Shown here one piece after another: positions 63,336 to 64,000 of a stretch of 64,000 nucleotides of DNA. Under the pieces are notes generated by a model, which saw only the letters and a program-made list of their open reading frames with translations, searched no databases and was not told where the DNA came from. How positions within the stretch are numbered: position 1 is the stretch's first letter; every line of letters begins with the position of its first letter. Source of the DNA: Pseudodesulfovibrio indicus (GTDB lineage: Bacteria; Desulfobacterota; Desulfovibrionia; Desulfovibrionales; Desulfovibrionaceae); assembly GCF_001563225.1 (NCBI RefSeq), contig NZ_CP014206.1, positions 3,513,486-3,577,485 on the forward strand, read 5' to 3'. A program made the translations under genes and the position numbers.

Positions 63336-64000
63336 ATGCTGCGAATACCCAGAGACGAATGCGTCAACACCGAGACGGCGACACGCAAGGAATGGATCGA
63401 TACCAACGGGCTGGGCGGTTACGCCTCCAGCACGGTCATCAACTGCCACACCCGAAAATACCACGGGCTGCTGGTGGCTGCCCTCAAGGAGCCCAGGGGA
63501 CGGTTCGTCCTGCTCTCCAAGCTGGAGACCTCGGTCGTCGCCAACGACAAGGAGTTCCTGCTCTCCTCCAACAAGTTCCCCGGCGTGTACCATCCCACCG
63601 GGCACCAGTTCGTGGACCAGTTCGAACAGGGACTGTACCCGGCGACCACCTACCGCATCGGCGACGCCCTGATCCGCAAGTCCTTCCTCATGATCCACGG
63701 CCAGAACACCGTGCTGGTCTGCTACGAGCTGCTGGAGGGCAAGGTGAAACCCGCGCTCCGGCTGCGGCCCATGCTCGCCTACCGCGACGTCCACAAGCTG
63801 ACCCGCGAGAACATGTTCCTGCGCCCCAAGTCCTATCCGGAGAAGAACGGCCGCAAGATACAGCCCTATGAGGGCATGCCGCCGCTGTACATGGGGACCA
63901 ACCGCAAGTCCGAATTTTTCCCCGGCCCCAAGTGGGTCTACAGCGTGGAGTACCTCATGGAACGGGCGCGCGGCTTCGACTACCAGGAGGACCTGTTCTG
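63336..64000 (+). CDS. glycogen debranching enzyme N-terminal-domain protein (amylo-alpha-1,6-glucosidase family), 5' part only
   Basis: Open frame from ATG 63336 to window end: MLRIPRDECVNTETATRKEWIDTNGLGGYASSTVINCHTRKYHGLLVAALKEP matches GDE_N; not in ORF track because unterminated. Confidence 0.7.
   Translation, partial: MLRIPRDECVNTETATRKEWIDTNGLGGYASSTVINCHTRKYHGLLVAALKEPRGRFVLLSKLETSVVANDKEFLLSSNKFPGVYHPTGHQFVDQFEQGLYPATTYRIGDALIRKSFLMIHGQNTVLVCYELLEGKVKPALRLRPMLAYRDVHKLTRENMFLRPKSYPEKNGRKIQPYEGMPPLYMGTNRKSEFFPGPKWVYSVEYLMERARGFDYQEDLF

Overview
This is a high-GC (~65%) chromosomal window whose gene content matches Desulfovibrionaceae, with periplasmic selenocysteine FdhAB-cytochrome c3, multiheme cytochromes, an acetoin dehydrogenase cluster with sigma-54 control, and dense two-component signalling. 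Coding density is about 90%; I see no rRNA, CRISPR array or obvious transposase/integrase.

Gene order, left to right:
1. An L-arabinose catabolic module araA-araB-araD (minus strand, araD truncated by the window edge) with a divergent LacI-type regulator and a HAD hydrolase.
2. An unusual ABC-ATPase-PAS-histidine-kinase fusion with a sigma-54 response regulator, next to a YtfQRT/YjfF-type sugar ABC transporter and a Zn-alcohol dehydrogenase.
3. An MBL-fold hydrolase, then lipoate-protein ligase, a CMD/AhpD-like protein and a PaaI thioesterase.
4. An acetoin dehydrogenase cluster (acoC, a Lin0512-like gene, acoA, acoB, a NAD-kinase-like acoX, a small unknown gene) driven by a perfect sigma-54 promoter, with divergent acoR.
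5. The formate dehydrogenase operon: fdhA is a single selenoprotein gene that the ORF track splits at an in-frame TGA; it is followed by fdhB and cytochrome c3.
6. A large flotillin/SPFH protein with three tandem N-terminal repeats and a KPAA-type tail.
7. An XRE-cupin-regulated polar-amino-acid ABC operon with a DUF1989-like gene and an M20 peptidase.
8. A TRAP transporter, then a BMP-type nucleoside ABC transporter with cytosine deaminase.
9. A three-gene periplasmic redox module (TAT FeS protein, NrfD-type membrane subunit, 13-heme cytochrome c) whose cytochrome start carries a 126-bp in-frame tandem duplication of its signal peptide.
10. A signalling island: Crp/Fnr, a frameshifted periplasmic-domain hybrid histidine kinase, a Cys-cluster PAS kinase, a methyl-accepting chemotaxis protein (MCP), and an XRE-HTH-fused hybrid kinase.
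11. The 5' end of a glycogen-debranching-enzyme-like gene, truncated by the window edge.

The ORF track also reports GTG/TTG starts as M. Many long antisense ORFs are GC artefacts and several listed ORFs fuse adjacent genes in the wrong frame.
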